A DNA stretch of 64,000 nucleotides. Origin: Magallana gigas. Its lineage: Eukaryota. Under the pieces are notes generated by a model, which saw only the letters and a list, made by a program, of their open reading frames with translations, was not told where the DNA came from and did not search any database. Location of the stretch: contig NC_088858.1 of assembly GCF_963853765.1 (NCBI RefSeq), positions 37,572,001 through 37,636,000 of the forward strand, written 5' to 3'. The position numbers were made by a program, and so were the translations under genes. This document shows positions 53,201 to 64,000 of this stretch, piece after piece. The stretch's first letter is position 1. The number at the start of each line of letters is the position of its first letter.

Positions 53201-56200
53201 TGCTATTATTAAAAAAAAATATTTATCAATAATCTTTAATCTTATAATCTCTCTTTCTAGTGGCAATGGTGACGGGTTCTACAGCTCTGCCTTTCAGTCA
53301 CAGCTGATTGGGAATCGCCTGTACAATGTCAGTATGCCAGAAAGTAAGTATTATAAGCATACAAGTACATGGACTCTTTCCATTTTGCAGAACAGTGTTA
53401 CTAGATAATAATATGATTTGTGCACTACATTTGTACTCATGTATTGTGCCAGAAGGGATAAATGTAAAAACTTCACAGAACTGTTTTCATTTTCCTTCTT
53501 TTCCAGGAACCATTCAGTACATTATACCTGAACATGTATAATAAGTATGGAAATATTAATAAAAAAAACATGTACACATACTGTGTAGATAAAGTAAAAG
53601 TAAAAGTAAAAGATCACTTTGTAATCTGACAAACTTGTCCGTCACTGTCTGAATCGAACAAATGTCAGTAGACAATCAAGTGAGCTTTAATGCACATAGA
53701 CAATAAAGAAAATTACCAGTATGAAATGTTAAGCTGGACATTTCTTCTTGTACAAGTGAATATATCTGTTTAGACGTAGCCTTTGGCAGTGTGATAACAC
53801 TGAAGCAGAGAAGGACAGGAGGGGGATACCTCCACTCTCACTGGCACCTGTACCCCGAGGAGCACCCACCCAGGCAGCAACAGGTAAACGAAAATATTAC
53901 TCAAAGGCTATGAATGTATAAAGTTGAATCCCCCTTTTGACCTTAGATCCCAGTAATATACTTGTGTGCACGTTGCACATTTTCTGACAAAGCTACTGAT
54001 AAACTTAGATGAAAACCCTTGGAAACTAAAAGTATACTTATGTACACAATCAGTTAGTCTTACTTGTTACAACCTTCCCAAAGACAACAATTGTCGATAT
54101 CTCATACAGTCTCAGTTACTTACCTAAAAATAGCATTATAAACCTACTGTTATACCAGTATTTTAAGTTTAAACTTAACTAATAAGCTTAAGTTTAATCA
54201 CCTCCATGAATTTGTATTTCACAAAAAAATGGCAAAATTTATTACAGATTACCACATATGCACACAAAGACTTCAACAATGAATGGATAATCAAGCTGGC
54301 TGATCAGGAACCAAAGCCGGATGATCCGGTTCAACTGGTTGTGTCAGGAGATCTGGTCCGACTAGAGCACAGAGAGTAAGAGACTTGTCTTTTTCATACT
54401 ACATGTAGTAACACTGTGTGTAGGATTAAAACAGAAAAACATCTATAGTGGTCACTCCTGTTAGACCTGTATGTGCATGCAGTCAAAATTGATCAATGAT
54501 CAAGTCAAATGAAGCACACAGAGTAAGAAACTCATCTTATTTAAGGTACATGCAAATGTTAATACAAAATGGAAACATATAGGTGTATGCAATGAAAACT
54601 GATCAATGATGAAGTCTATGGAGCACAGAGATTAAGAGTCATATCTGATTGATATATGTGCACATGTGTACATGTACAAACACTGAAGGATTAAAATTGA
54701 AATATCTACTTGCCTTATTAATGACTTACTACAAAGAAAAAGATTGTGATATCTGAATGACTAGAAATAGCGGCATGATATTGTGATAGAGATATTGAAA
54801 GGTTACTGATATCTGATTGAATTTAAATTTTCTAAAGACAGATACTCTTATTTTGAAGCCTTTTAAAGAGTACAACATGTATTGATTCACAGAATATTTC
54901 AGAAATTATTTCGATTATTAACATTTTCCATTGATTCGTTAGAACCCGGAGAAACCTGCACAGCCACCATGAGCCTGCGCCACTCAGCAGGAGACAATTC
55001 CAGGTGTCTGGATATGGAGTGGTTAGTGCTTATTCCTCTATATCCAAACAGCAGTTACTGATGGAATCTCAACATGTCATGCAAAATGATAAAAAAAAAT
55101 ATGATCCCAGTTATTGTGAACCATTTTTTTTTTCAATCTATGTATACCAGTAGTAATTAACTCATTTACCTTAAAGTTATGAATTTCAAACGAAATAGTG
55201 AGTTTCAATGATATCATTTCTTATGGGTATCCATCAATGAACTGAAATACTGATTGGGTTTATATGTACATTAGAAACTGGTTTTAACTGGAGTACTTAT
55301 TGAGTTGACAAGAACTGGTCCATGTACATGTATGTCTGTCTTACAGAATGGTTCAGGAGATGCCAATGATGTGTGGGTGGTGGAGGTGGTGGGGTCACCC
55401 CCAGGGACGGTCATCCAGACAGCTAAGTCACGACTGCGTTTTATTCACTACCACGTCAGATGTCTTCTGCACTCTCACGACAAGAAACTTCCCAAATGGT
55501 AGGAAGAGGTTTACAGTATCTGTCAAAAGTTTAAAAGGAATTTACACACATAAAAAGTATCGATTCTTCACATAGCAATGGTGTTGATTACTTACAGTGA
55601 AGCTCTGTTGATTTTTAACTGAATTAAGTTGTACATTCGCCTATAATTTTAAGGTTCAAGATTACCCCCTCAAAAGAATCCCATAGAAACATTTTCTTGG
55701 ATAATTCGAAGCTTTTGATATTTGTAAAATAAAATTTTCTGTAAAACATTTCATTTGGATACTTGATATTAATGTTTGTGTATTTCAGGGGATGGGATCA
55801 GTTGGAGGCCACATGTAATCCCAACATGAGAGAACCAAAGGCCTTGTGGAGTGTGGAGGAAATAACAGACAACAGATGTAAGGATCATACTTGTACTTGC
55901 TCCATAGACTGTGTGACAAAGATTAAATTTGGTCTAATTATTTAAAAAAAAAAATAAGTGTAATTTTACCTCAAATGAAAGAAGCATACAAGTATTTACA
56001 TGTACATGTTAATAATGTGCTCTTTCATTTCAGTACCCAATGCCAGCTTTGAAATTTATTCTCCATCATTTACGGAGAGGTTTACGGAGAGCCATGCTGT
56101 TATGACTCAGGTGATAATGCAATGAAACATGTTAATATACACTTCCAAATATACATGTATAATGTCATATACATGTTCATGTATGTGATATAAACTGGTT

Positions 56201-58582
56201 GTCTTCAAAAAGAGTACCGGGTATTATATATCATATAGTATCATATATTTCCAGGAAACAACAATTTTCAGAGAATTAAAATCTGCTTCAGCAATTTGAA
56301 ATGTTTGACTCATGGCATCATTATTCTTCACTTCTTATTTTCACTTCTTTCACTTAACTGTTACTGTAACTGTTATCTGCATTTGCAGATCTAGATTGGG
56401 GGGGGGGGGGGGTTCCCGATCTAAATAAATTCTAACAGTAAAATTACAGAAAATAGGACTTGGAACCCCCCCTTTCCCCAGGAAAAGTTTTCTGTATCCA
56501 CTCAAGATCTGTGATAATTACTTTGTATCTAATAGGTAACGTAAAGTTTCCTAAGTGTCAAAGCTGTTCATGAAATTATTAAACTTAATTTTTGTTTACA
56601 GGGAAATAGTGGCCTAAAGCCCAAAGAAGGGGAGATCACATCGAGACCTTGGCAATGGCCTATTGACTTCAGAGTAAGTGTATATACCTGAACAATGTAT
56701 TACATCAACATTAATACCTCTCCTGTATTTTTACAAAGTAAAATGTACTGATGCACACAAATAAAATGCGTATGTAGTATTTTAAATTCAGCAAAACTAA
56801 GGTTTGATAAAATCTTTTCAGGGGCAGATATTCTCTGGGAACAACCATAGGATCTACCTGTTGGGGAATCCCATCATATTCTGGGGCTGTCTGGTGGCTC
56901 ATGTTTTGTTTGTTGTGTATTATTTGGCCCATACAGTCAAAGCCAAGAGAGGGCACAAGGAAAACAAAGCTTGGACAGGTAACTGCTTAATATGTTGAGA
57001 ATAGTTGGGAAATAATGAAAAAGGTGAACTCTATGTGAGTGCATTTGATGTGTGTTCAATACAATTAAGGCCACTACCGGGGTATTTCAAACCCAATTTG
57101 ACTACAAATTTTTATTTTAAATGTCTGATAATTAAAGATATACTGTTTTCAGAGCAATATTCGCCCCTTTTGATTTTACCGCTTTTGCCCTCTTTGTCAG
57201 CATGCGAATTTAAGACTGGGTGATTTCCAATGTTTAAAATTTTCTCTCTTGAAACATAGCTGTGTCTGGGTGAATTCAAGAGGGGGCAGAACTGTTTGCA
57301 AGTGTAAAAAGGGTGAAAATTACACAGGGGCATAAATAACCCTGTATACAGTAGAAGTTAAAATACAAGAAGAAACAATGGAAAGGTCTGCGAACATCAA
57401 TTATTACATGTGATTCCAAGTGTTAAAATGTAGCTTTCTGAAAATAGTAACTATGGAATAATTCTACTATGTTATTTTTATTTACAGAGCACAAGGAGAC
57501 CATCTTTTCAGCCTGTTGGTGGCTGCTCCTGGGCTGGGCCCTGCATTATCTCCCCTTCTGGCCAATGACAAGAGTACTGTATTTTCATCATTACTTCCCC
57601 GCCTTTCTGTTCAGTGCTATGTTGACAGGTAAAACATTTTGTTCTACATGTACACTTTTAAATTATTGCTGTAGATTCTGTATAATGGATCAGAATATGC
57701 TTGACAGTATATGATTGATGGAATGTACCCAGTACATGTATCTGATACCTTTATTAAAATGCATTGAAGTTTTGAAAAAATCAAAACAAAACAAAAAAAC
57801 CCCTACAAAAACATGTTGCTCCCCAAACTATTTAATTGATACCACAAAGTGTGCTATTAAATTATGTTGTACAATTATTGTTTGGGAGTTTTGTAATTCC
57901 ATGTAAACAAAATATTGTCGGTTAATATTTATTGAGTGCTACACACAATGACCTGGTCTCTGTATTTGTAGGTGTGATTCTGGACCACACTGTGATCCTG
58001 CTGATCACTCTAGTCCCTGACAGCATGGGCAGCATGGTGTTTCATACTGTAGTGGGCAGCATAACATCTGGTCTTATACTCAGGTAGGATATACACACCA
58101 CATAATTACATGTACTCTTTTATGATGGTCATTCAAGGAGTGTGAATAATGTAAAATTTTATTACTTTGTTGCATAATTGTTGAAAACTTTAAAGATAAG
58201 AAAATATTGGACCAATCCAATCTTTCATTAAATATTTCTGAGGTTTATCGGGAACACTACCATGTAATACATTACAACATTAATGAACGATACTAATGTA
58301 TGTGGTATGTACCAAATGGAATAAAGCCTTTATTGAAAAAAAAAATGGTTGATACAACCTCTTGATATGGTTTGTAAAATACAGTGTTGATTGTAGATCT
58401 AGAAGCTGATTTACAGTATGCAAATACATGACTGTATGTAAGTTTGTGTCCAGTCTTGTTGTATTTTCTGTTGCAGCTTTTACCTGTTTTCACCTTTGAC
58501 CTATGGCATGGATGGTCCTGTGTCACATGAGGAAGACAGCAAGTGGGCAGGACTTAAGTGGCTGAGGTCCTGGGATATATAG
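50218..58582 (+). CDS. POMT2: Protein O-mannosyltransferase 2, 20 exons, 751 aa
   Basis: Exons 50218-50492, 50989-51073, 51227-51331, 51774-51882, 51986-52094, 52301-52366, 52565-52658, 52804-52910, 53261-53343, 53774-53883, 54248-54375, 54943-55021, 55347-55498, 55789-55877, 56034-56110, 56602-56673, 56822-56978, 57488-57628, 57972-58083, 58477-58582 (2256 nt). [23 protein letters not shown] (PMT2-type), MIR-domain YLHSH/NLHSH/LLHSH motifs, [23 protein letters not shown]. Confidence 0.95.
57141..57353 (+). mobile_element. ~200-bp MITE, TIR TACTGTATACAGG (copy 3) in a POMT2 intron
   Basis: Same family as 34438-34650. Confidence 0.75.
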
Positions 58583-58659
58583 TTCATGACGTACTGAAAT
58601 TTCCCAACATTCCATGCAAAATTTCAAAAAGTTTTATTGTCTTAAATATTTTTTTTCAT

Positions 58660-58665
58660 AATAAA
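58660..58665 (+). terminator. Candidate POMT2 polyadenylation signal AATAAA
   Basis: AATAAA lies about 80 nt after the TAG. More distal sites are possible. Confidence 0.4.
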
Positions 58666-60759
58666 AAAACAATTGGTAAGTGCTAATATCTTATGAATAT
58701 GTTTTTATAGTGTGTGGATTCTAGAGATCTATGATAAAAATACATGTATTATTTTTTCTGAAAATTTCAGTTTTTATGTTTTTATTATACAAATGCTTTA
58801 GCTGATTTGCAGAAAAATGCATTTCAAATATGTGATATTTACAAATGTACATGTATATATATGACTAAATTATTGTTCAGAATCGAAACAGTCGAGCAAA
58901 TGAATTTAAAAGGTTGTAAAAGCTTGTTATACAATATCCAAACTGTGCAATACTTTAGATTGCAAATATATAACATGGATTTTATGCATACGCAATTTAT
59001 ATACGTGTACAATTACTTAATAGGTAGCTATTGAATTGGTTTAGAAAAGTGTTGATCTTTGTGCCATGATGTTTTTAACTTTACTCGAAGTATATGCAGT
59101 CTGCAATGAAAATCATAATTTACAAAAATTAAAATGGATGTTAAACTGTAAAAGCTATCATCAGTTATTAATCATAATTCAAAAACTTTTTTACTCAAAA
59201 CCTTAGATGTAAATAGATGTGTAACAAACATTCTCTCAGTTCATAGACTGTACTATTCGTCTGTTTAAAACTATAATATGAAATAATTTAGTCATTGAAT
59301 ATTACTAATATTGCATTTAATTATATTCATATACAATTTTCAATGAAATAGATTAAATTTTTCAATATTTTTACATTTATATTTTGTGTTATAGAGTAGT
59401 CTTAGTATAGCTAGTTTCTAACAATGTATTTTTATTGTAGAAGTTAGCATTTTGTAAAATTAACAAAGATTTCTGGCAGGTTCAGAAAAATGAAATATTT
59501 TGAAATCATATTGGATTTAATTTATTTTCAATGAAGTTAAAACTTTGATTCTCATAATAAATTATTTTGATAAAGAATTGTGTGCATTTTCACCCTAACA
59601 AGTACTTAATATTGGTCTGTACATATTATTGAACATTATTGATGAGGAAGAATCTCATGGTCTCCTTGGATAGTTTGTGACGACAAGAATATATTTTGAA
59701 TGAAATACCTGCAACATGTACTGTATATGCAATGTGCTCTATGTAAAACTAGCTATCATGTGTAACATAACATTTTTACAAACGAGTAAAATAATTTCAG
59801 TAGATTTTTTTCCATGCATATGAAATTTGGTTCACAGGGTTGTACATGTAGTTGAAAAGTTATTGTCTTGTTTTTGAAAAATAATTTCTTTATTTTATAC
59901 ATACTGAAATATTTGGTGATGGTTTGCAAAATTTTGATGTATGAATAATTCAACCATTTCAAGCACATATCTATGACATCTTTTAATATTATACCAAAGA
60001 AAAAGGGTTTGAATTGTTACATACTCAACTACCATATACTAGATGGCTTTTTTTCATTCCATTTAATATTGAGTTAAAAAACATCAATGAATTTGTGCCA
60101 ACAATTTATGTTACCTTATTTACCAGGTACATTTTGACAGACCACCAATATCTAGTCAAAGTCTCTCTTATGGTTCACACCATCAAGCATCTATTTGTAT
60201 ACTTTCTGGGAAATCTTAATGAGAAATATTTTGACAGAATCCTTCAACTTATGCACAATAGTTTTTTTTACTTAGCCTGATACAGAGGGCTTAAGCTTTG
60301 TTATTGTAATTAGTTTTTTGAATAGTGCACACCACCATAATCTAATGTGATGGAGACATTTATTTTTGTCAACAACTCATTTTGTATTTATTATGCAATA
60401 TATTTGTCCTCTTGCTGAGTTTTTCGATAACCGATTCAAATAAAATGCATTTTAATATGGCTGAGCTGTATGTGTAGATGTTTTACATTTAATAAATTTT
60501 ATATGAAGTTCAGACAAATTGCTTTTGATTACAGGTAGATATCCAGTGAATAAAACTGGTTCATACCATTTCAGTATGCTATAGAAGACTTACCAATAAA
60601 TATATAAATTTCTTTGGTACCATATGTTACTGAAAATTATTATAATCTTATTGATGAAACTATTTCAGAAATATATTAGGGTATTTAAAATTAACTTTAC
60701 TCAGGTGTAATGGGGAAAAAAGAGAAAAAAAATAGCTTAAGTTTTCTTAATACAAGAAG

Positions 60760-60765
60760 TTTATT
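60760..60765 (-). terminator. Candidate COX20 polyadenylation signal AATAAA
   Basis: TTTATT on + lies about 200 nt downstream of the COX20 stop codon. Confidence 0.4.
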
Positions 60766-60965
60766 TTTCTTCACACACAATGTACAATGAATATACATGC
60801 ATACATAAACCGTCTTAATTCACTGTATATAAATCATAATCCAGTGCACTTGGTATGATAATAAATCCATCACACCTTATAGTTGTCTGCATCCAAACTT
60901 TCAAATCACTTTATCCATAGTCATCATTAAAAAACAAGGTTTTAAAATAGAATTACATGTCAAAG

Positions 60966-63303
60966 TTAGTCTGAATCATCCAGCTGAATTGATCCTTCTG
61001 TATATAACACTTCATTATTTTTGATTTTTTGAACATATTTCCTGTAACGATCATAATCTCTGTAACCCAAATATAATCTGCAAATGAAAAAAAATTAACT
61101 GATAACTTTGAACAAAATATGGTGAGTAGTGTGGATGCATGTTTTGTATGCATTTTCTAGCAGAAGCAATTGTAGAATTATGTGAAAATAAATACTATTA
61201 CATTAATTCTCATTTTGGCACTGAAGTACCATTGATAATTACCACTTTATATGGTATATCTTTTATGTGAAAAATAAGCATTTTACAACATGTACAATGT
61301 GACTAGGAAAAAACTAAATGCAAAAGACGGAACTTTTTTGTAAGGCTGCTCCAATACATATTAAGTACTTATGTTGGTTTGATACTATGTTATGATTTTA
61401 TTCAAACATCTATTCTAATGATAGACTTACGACGTTCCAAAGTAAGTGCCCACAAATGAAATGCTTCCAACTAATACTCCTTTTCGCAAGTTACCTGAGA
61501 AGAAAAAAAAATTCTGCTAAGTTCAAACACAAAAATTCAAAAACACAGCAAATAACCACTTAAGGTTAGGTTTGTGGTTACAGGGAGATAACTCACACAT
61601 TTTCATCATGATGTAACACCATCTACCCTTTATTTTAGCTATGACATCAAAATTTATATGATGTCATAATTGATTTCAGGTTTTTTTTTATTTTGCGGGG
61701 ATTTGCAGTTTCAATGAAAAAAAACCCAGGACACAAGCGTTATATCAATTTCTACAAAAACAAAGTCCGCATCATATGGTTTTGAATAGTGTTTTAGAAC
61801 CATCAGATTAAACAAATTTTACAATACGTTTTTCCTGAAATCGGTGGACTTGAAAAGGTTTCAAATAAGAAGTTTTCGTTTACATAATAGTAGTCCAAAT
61901 TTAAGATTTTTGTTGCATTTTATTCTGTTTTTAGATAGTTCATCAGAAATTAATAAAAGTGAATCATGATATAAATAGTGACATTATTTTTGAACATTTT
62001 AAGTATAAATAACCCCCATAATAGTGACATATAAAATATACATATTTTACGGAATTGTTTACATTTCATCAACATGAAAATTGGAAATCATGAACTTTGA
62101 CCTCTTGTAGTTATGAAACGGGACGGGCAAAATCATTTCAATTTCACGAGAAAGAAGACTTTAGTAAAGTGAACAAAATGGTTTGTAACTTTGGTATAAC
62201 TTCTTAAAAATGCAAGCGGCAAACCTTACCTTAAATTGTTAACAAAAATTTGGACTTGTATACTTTTTCATTTAATAGTTGTGAAAGAGCAAACAACTTT
62301 TAAAAGTTAGCCTTAGGACATACTGTTATTACTGGTATTTTAAATGTATAGTTAATAGTAAAAACATTTGTAATTTGACTTATTTATCTATCTTACTTGT
62401 ATAAAGAAAATATCCCATTGATGACGAAAACAATGCTATTAAGGAATTTCGTAAAGAAACTCTCATATAGGGAATCGTGTTGGCATCAATTCCAAAGATG
62501 ACCACTCTTTTTCTCTGAAAAAAATCACCAAAACTTCTCAATTAGTATTTTGATTAATGATATTCACTTAATGCTGCTTGGCAGTAACAAATATTACTAA
62601 TACAAGCAATATGAGTTCATCCTCTTAGTACCAACTGACCAAGACATGCATATGATATACTGAGTGCAGCTTGCCGGTAGAGATGCCGGCAAGCACTGCA
62701 AACTCTAACGACAACACATGGGTGAAGAGAAAATTCAAACTATTGCTCCCTTTTCTGTTGACAGATCCATACCAACTATTGTTGGGAACATTGTTACTTC
62801 GAAGAAAATTGTTGGGTGATATCTGCTCTACTAACATGATGCCACAATGGCTAGCCTGAGCATGTGACCGAAAGCATAATGAATTAATAGAAAAGCTGAT
62901 CCAACTGACTCTTTCATGATAACTGGAGTACTGCTCTTTTGCAAGGCAAATTTTTATACTGTCTGAAGTTTTAGTAAGTAAATAATTAAATGACGTAAAT
63001 GAAATAATTGAAGTTATGTCACTGGTGTAATTTTGCCCTGCAAAAGAGCAGTACTGCAGTTAGCGTGAAGGGCTCTCCTTTGCCTGTTTACAACGAATCT
63101 GATAGTGAATATGTGATCATGTTATTGGCTTATGCTGCGCTCGTCCCAAAAGCTTTATCATAAATAACATTACTACACTATACAGAAAACATTTCATAAA
63201 ATGTCTATTTACGTAACCGCAGTGTTGTAAGAGACATGTCTCTGGAATAACAAACCTTTGTGTTTTTCTCTCCTTCATGGACAACGGACGCAACCTCCGA
63301 CAT
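60966..63303 (-). CDS. COX20: Cytochrome c oxidase assembly factor COX20-like, 4 exons, 113 aa
   Basis: Exons 63303-63256, 62514-62397, 61494-61431, 61077-60966, with strong GT-AG sites and phases 0/1/2. Protein MSEVASVVHEGEKNTKRKRVVIFGIDANTIPYMRVSLRNSLIALFSSSMGYFLYTSNLRKGVLVGSISFVGTYFGTSLYLGYRDYDRYRKYVQKIKNNEVLYTEGSIQLDDSD. It aligns by eye with human COX20 (GFLDVENTPC..HFLFTS..KKILYEGTHLD), has two hydrophobic segments, and has a 64-nt exon 3 as recalled for human COX20. Confidence 0.8.
62920..63062. mobile_element. 143-bp MITE in COX20 intron 1
   Basis: 31-bp TIR TAACTGSAGTACTGCTCTTTTGCARGGCAAA (2 mismatches). Confidence 0.75.
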
Positions 63304-63445
63304 TTTCAACAACAAAAAACTTCAACTAATCAGTGTGGTTTACATTTGACTGCTTGACGATTTGAAGGTAAAAGTCGTATGAAACTAGAGAGACAGTAAG
63401 TCACAGTTCACATTGAAAACACAAACAGGAAAATACGAGAATGCT

Positions 63446-63562
63446 GGAGAAAACGTACCCAGGAGAAAACGTACCCAGGAGAAAACGTACCCAATTTATA
63501 GGGTACGTTTTCTCCAGGAGAAAACGTACCCGGGTACGTTTTCTCCAAGAGAAAACGTACCC
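63446..63562. repeat. Mixed-orientation array of a 16-bp unit AGGAGAAAACGTACCC
   Basis: Seven units in the order F-F-F-R-F-R-F, including a perfect 30-bp palindrome at 63517-63546. Confidence 0.9.
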
Positions 63563-64000
63563 TATGAAAATAATAAATAATGGTTTTCATAAATATTCTT
63601 AAATGAAACAAAATAAAATATACAATGAACATTTGTATCATTTGTTGTTGTTGTTCTTAAATGCATGTAACATTGAACAGTCAATTTGCTTCCGACGCCA
63701 CTGACATGTATAATATGTGGAAAGTGAATATTTCTACCTCCTGCGCGGGTAGGCAATAAAAAAAAAAGAATCCAAAATTAATTTTTTTAATCAAGTACTT
63801 AAATTATTAAGACAATATTTTGTAACATACACATACACGAACGTGGCCTGAGCAGTTTAATTAGTCGACAAATAATACACCATAAACGAAACCGTTAAAT
63901 AATAGGTTTTTATTGTTGCTTAAAAATATTTGTTTGATTCATATATATGGAAACTACTACGAGATGTAACATTGAACAGTCAATTTGCTTCCGACGCCAC

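Noticed and set aside
62671-62859. 62-aa + strand ORF antisense within COX20 intron 1
   Set aside because: Non-ATG start, no recognisable homology and no splice support.
63446-63562. Short-repeat array as a possible CRISPR
   Set aside because: No unique spacers, mixed orientation, eukaryotic context and no cas genes.

Overview
Eukaryotic, AT-rich, intron-dense invertebrate genomic DNA. The repeat landscape suggests a bivalve, probably a Crassostrea/Magallana oyster (inference). One scaffold gap lies at 23298-23443. I assembled five spliced genes by hand from GT-AG boundaries with consistent intron phases. (1) The 3' part of a nuclear receptor (+, 1582-9091; upstream exons lie outside the window), possibly a two-DBD receptor. 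(2) A complete 33-exon NTE/swiss-cheese (PNPLA6/7) gene (-, 42629-16161, 1318 aa). (3) GSTZ1 (-, 49888-46601, 219 aa). (4) POMT2 (+, 50218-58582, 751 aa), head-to-head with GSTZ1 as in human. (5) A 4-exon COX20-like gene (-, 63303-60966, 113 aa) that the ORF track misses entirely and that has no cysteines. Introns hold many non-autonomous DNA elements (MITEs, foldbacks, Helitron/Helentron-like repeats). The strongest leads are a young MITE inserted inside the splice donor of a catalytic PNPLA exon, the conserved GSTZ1-POMT2 bidirectional pair, the Cys-free COX20 and the candidate 2DBD nuclear receptor. I found no CRISPR, rRNA or tRNA, and no clear evidence of a wholly new biological system.
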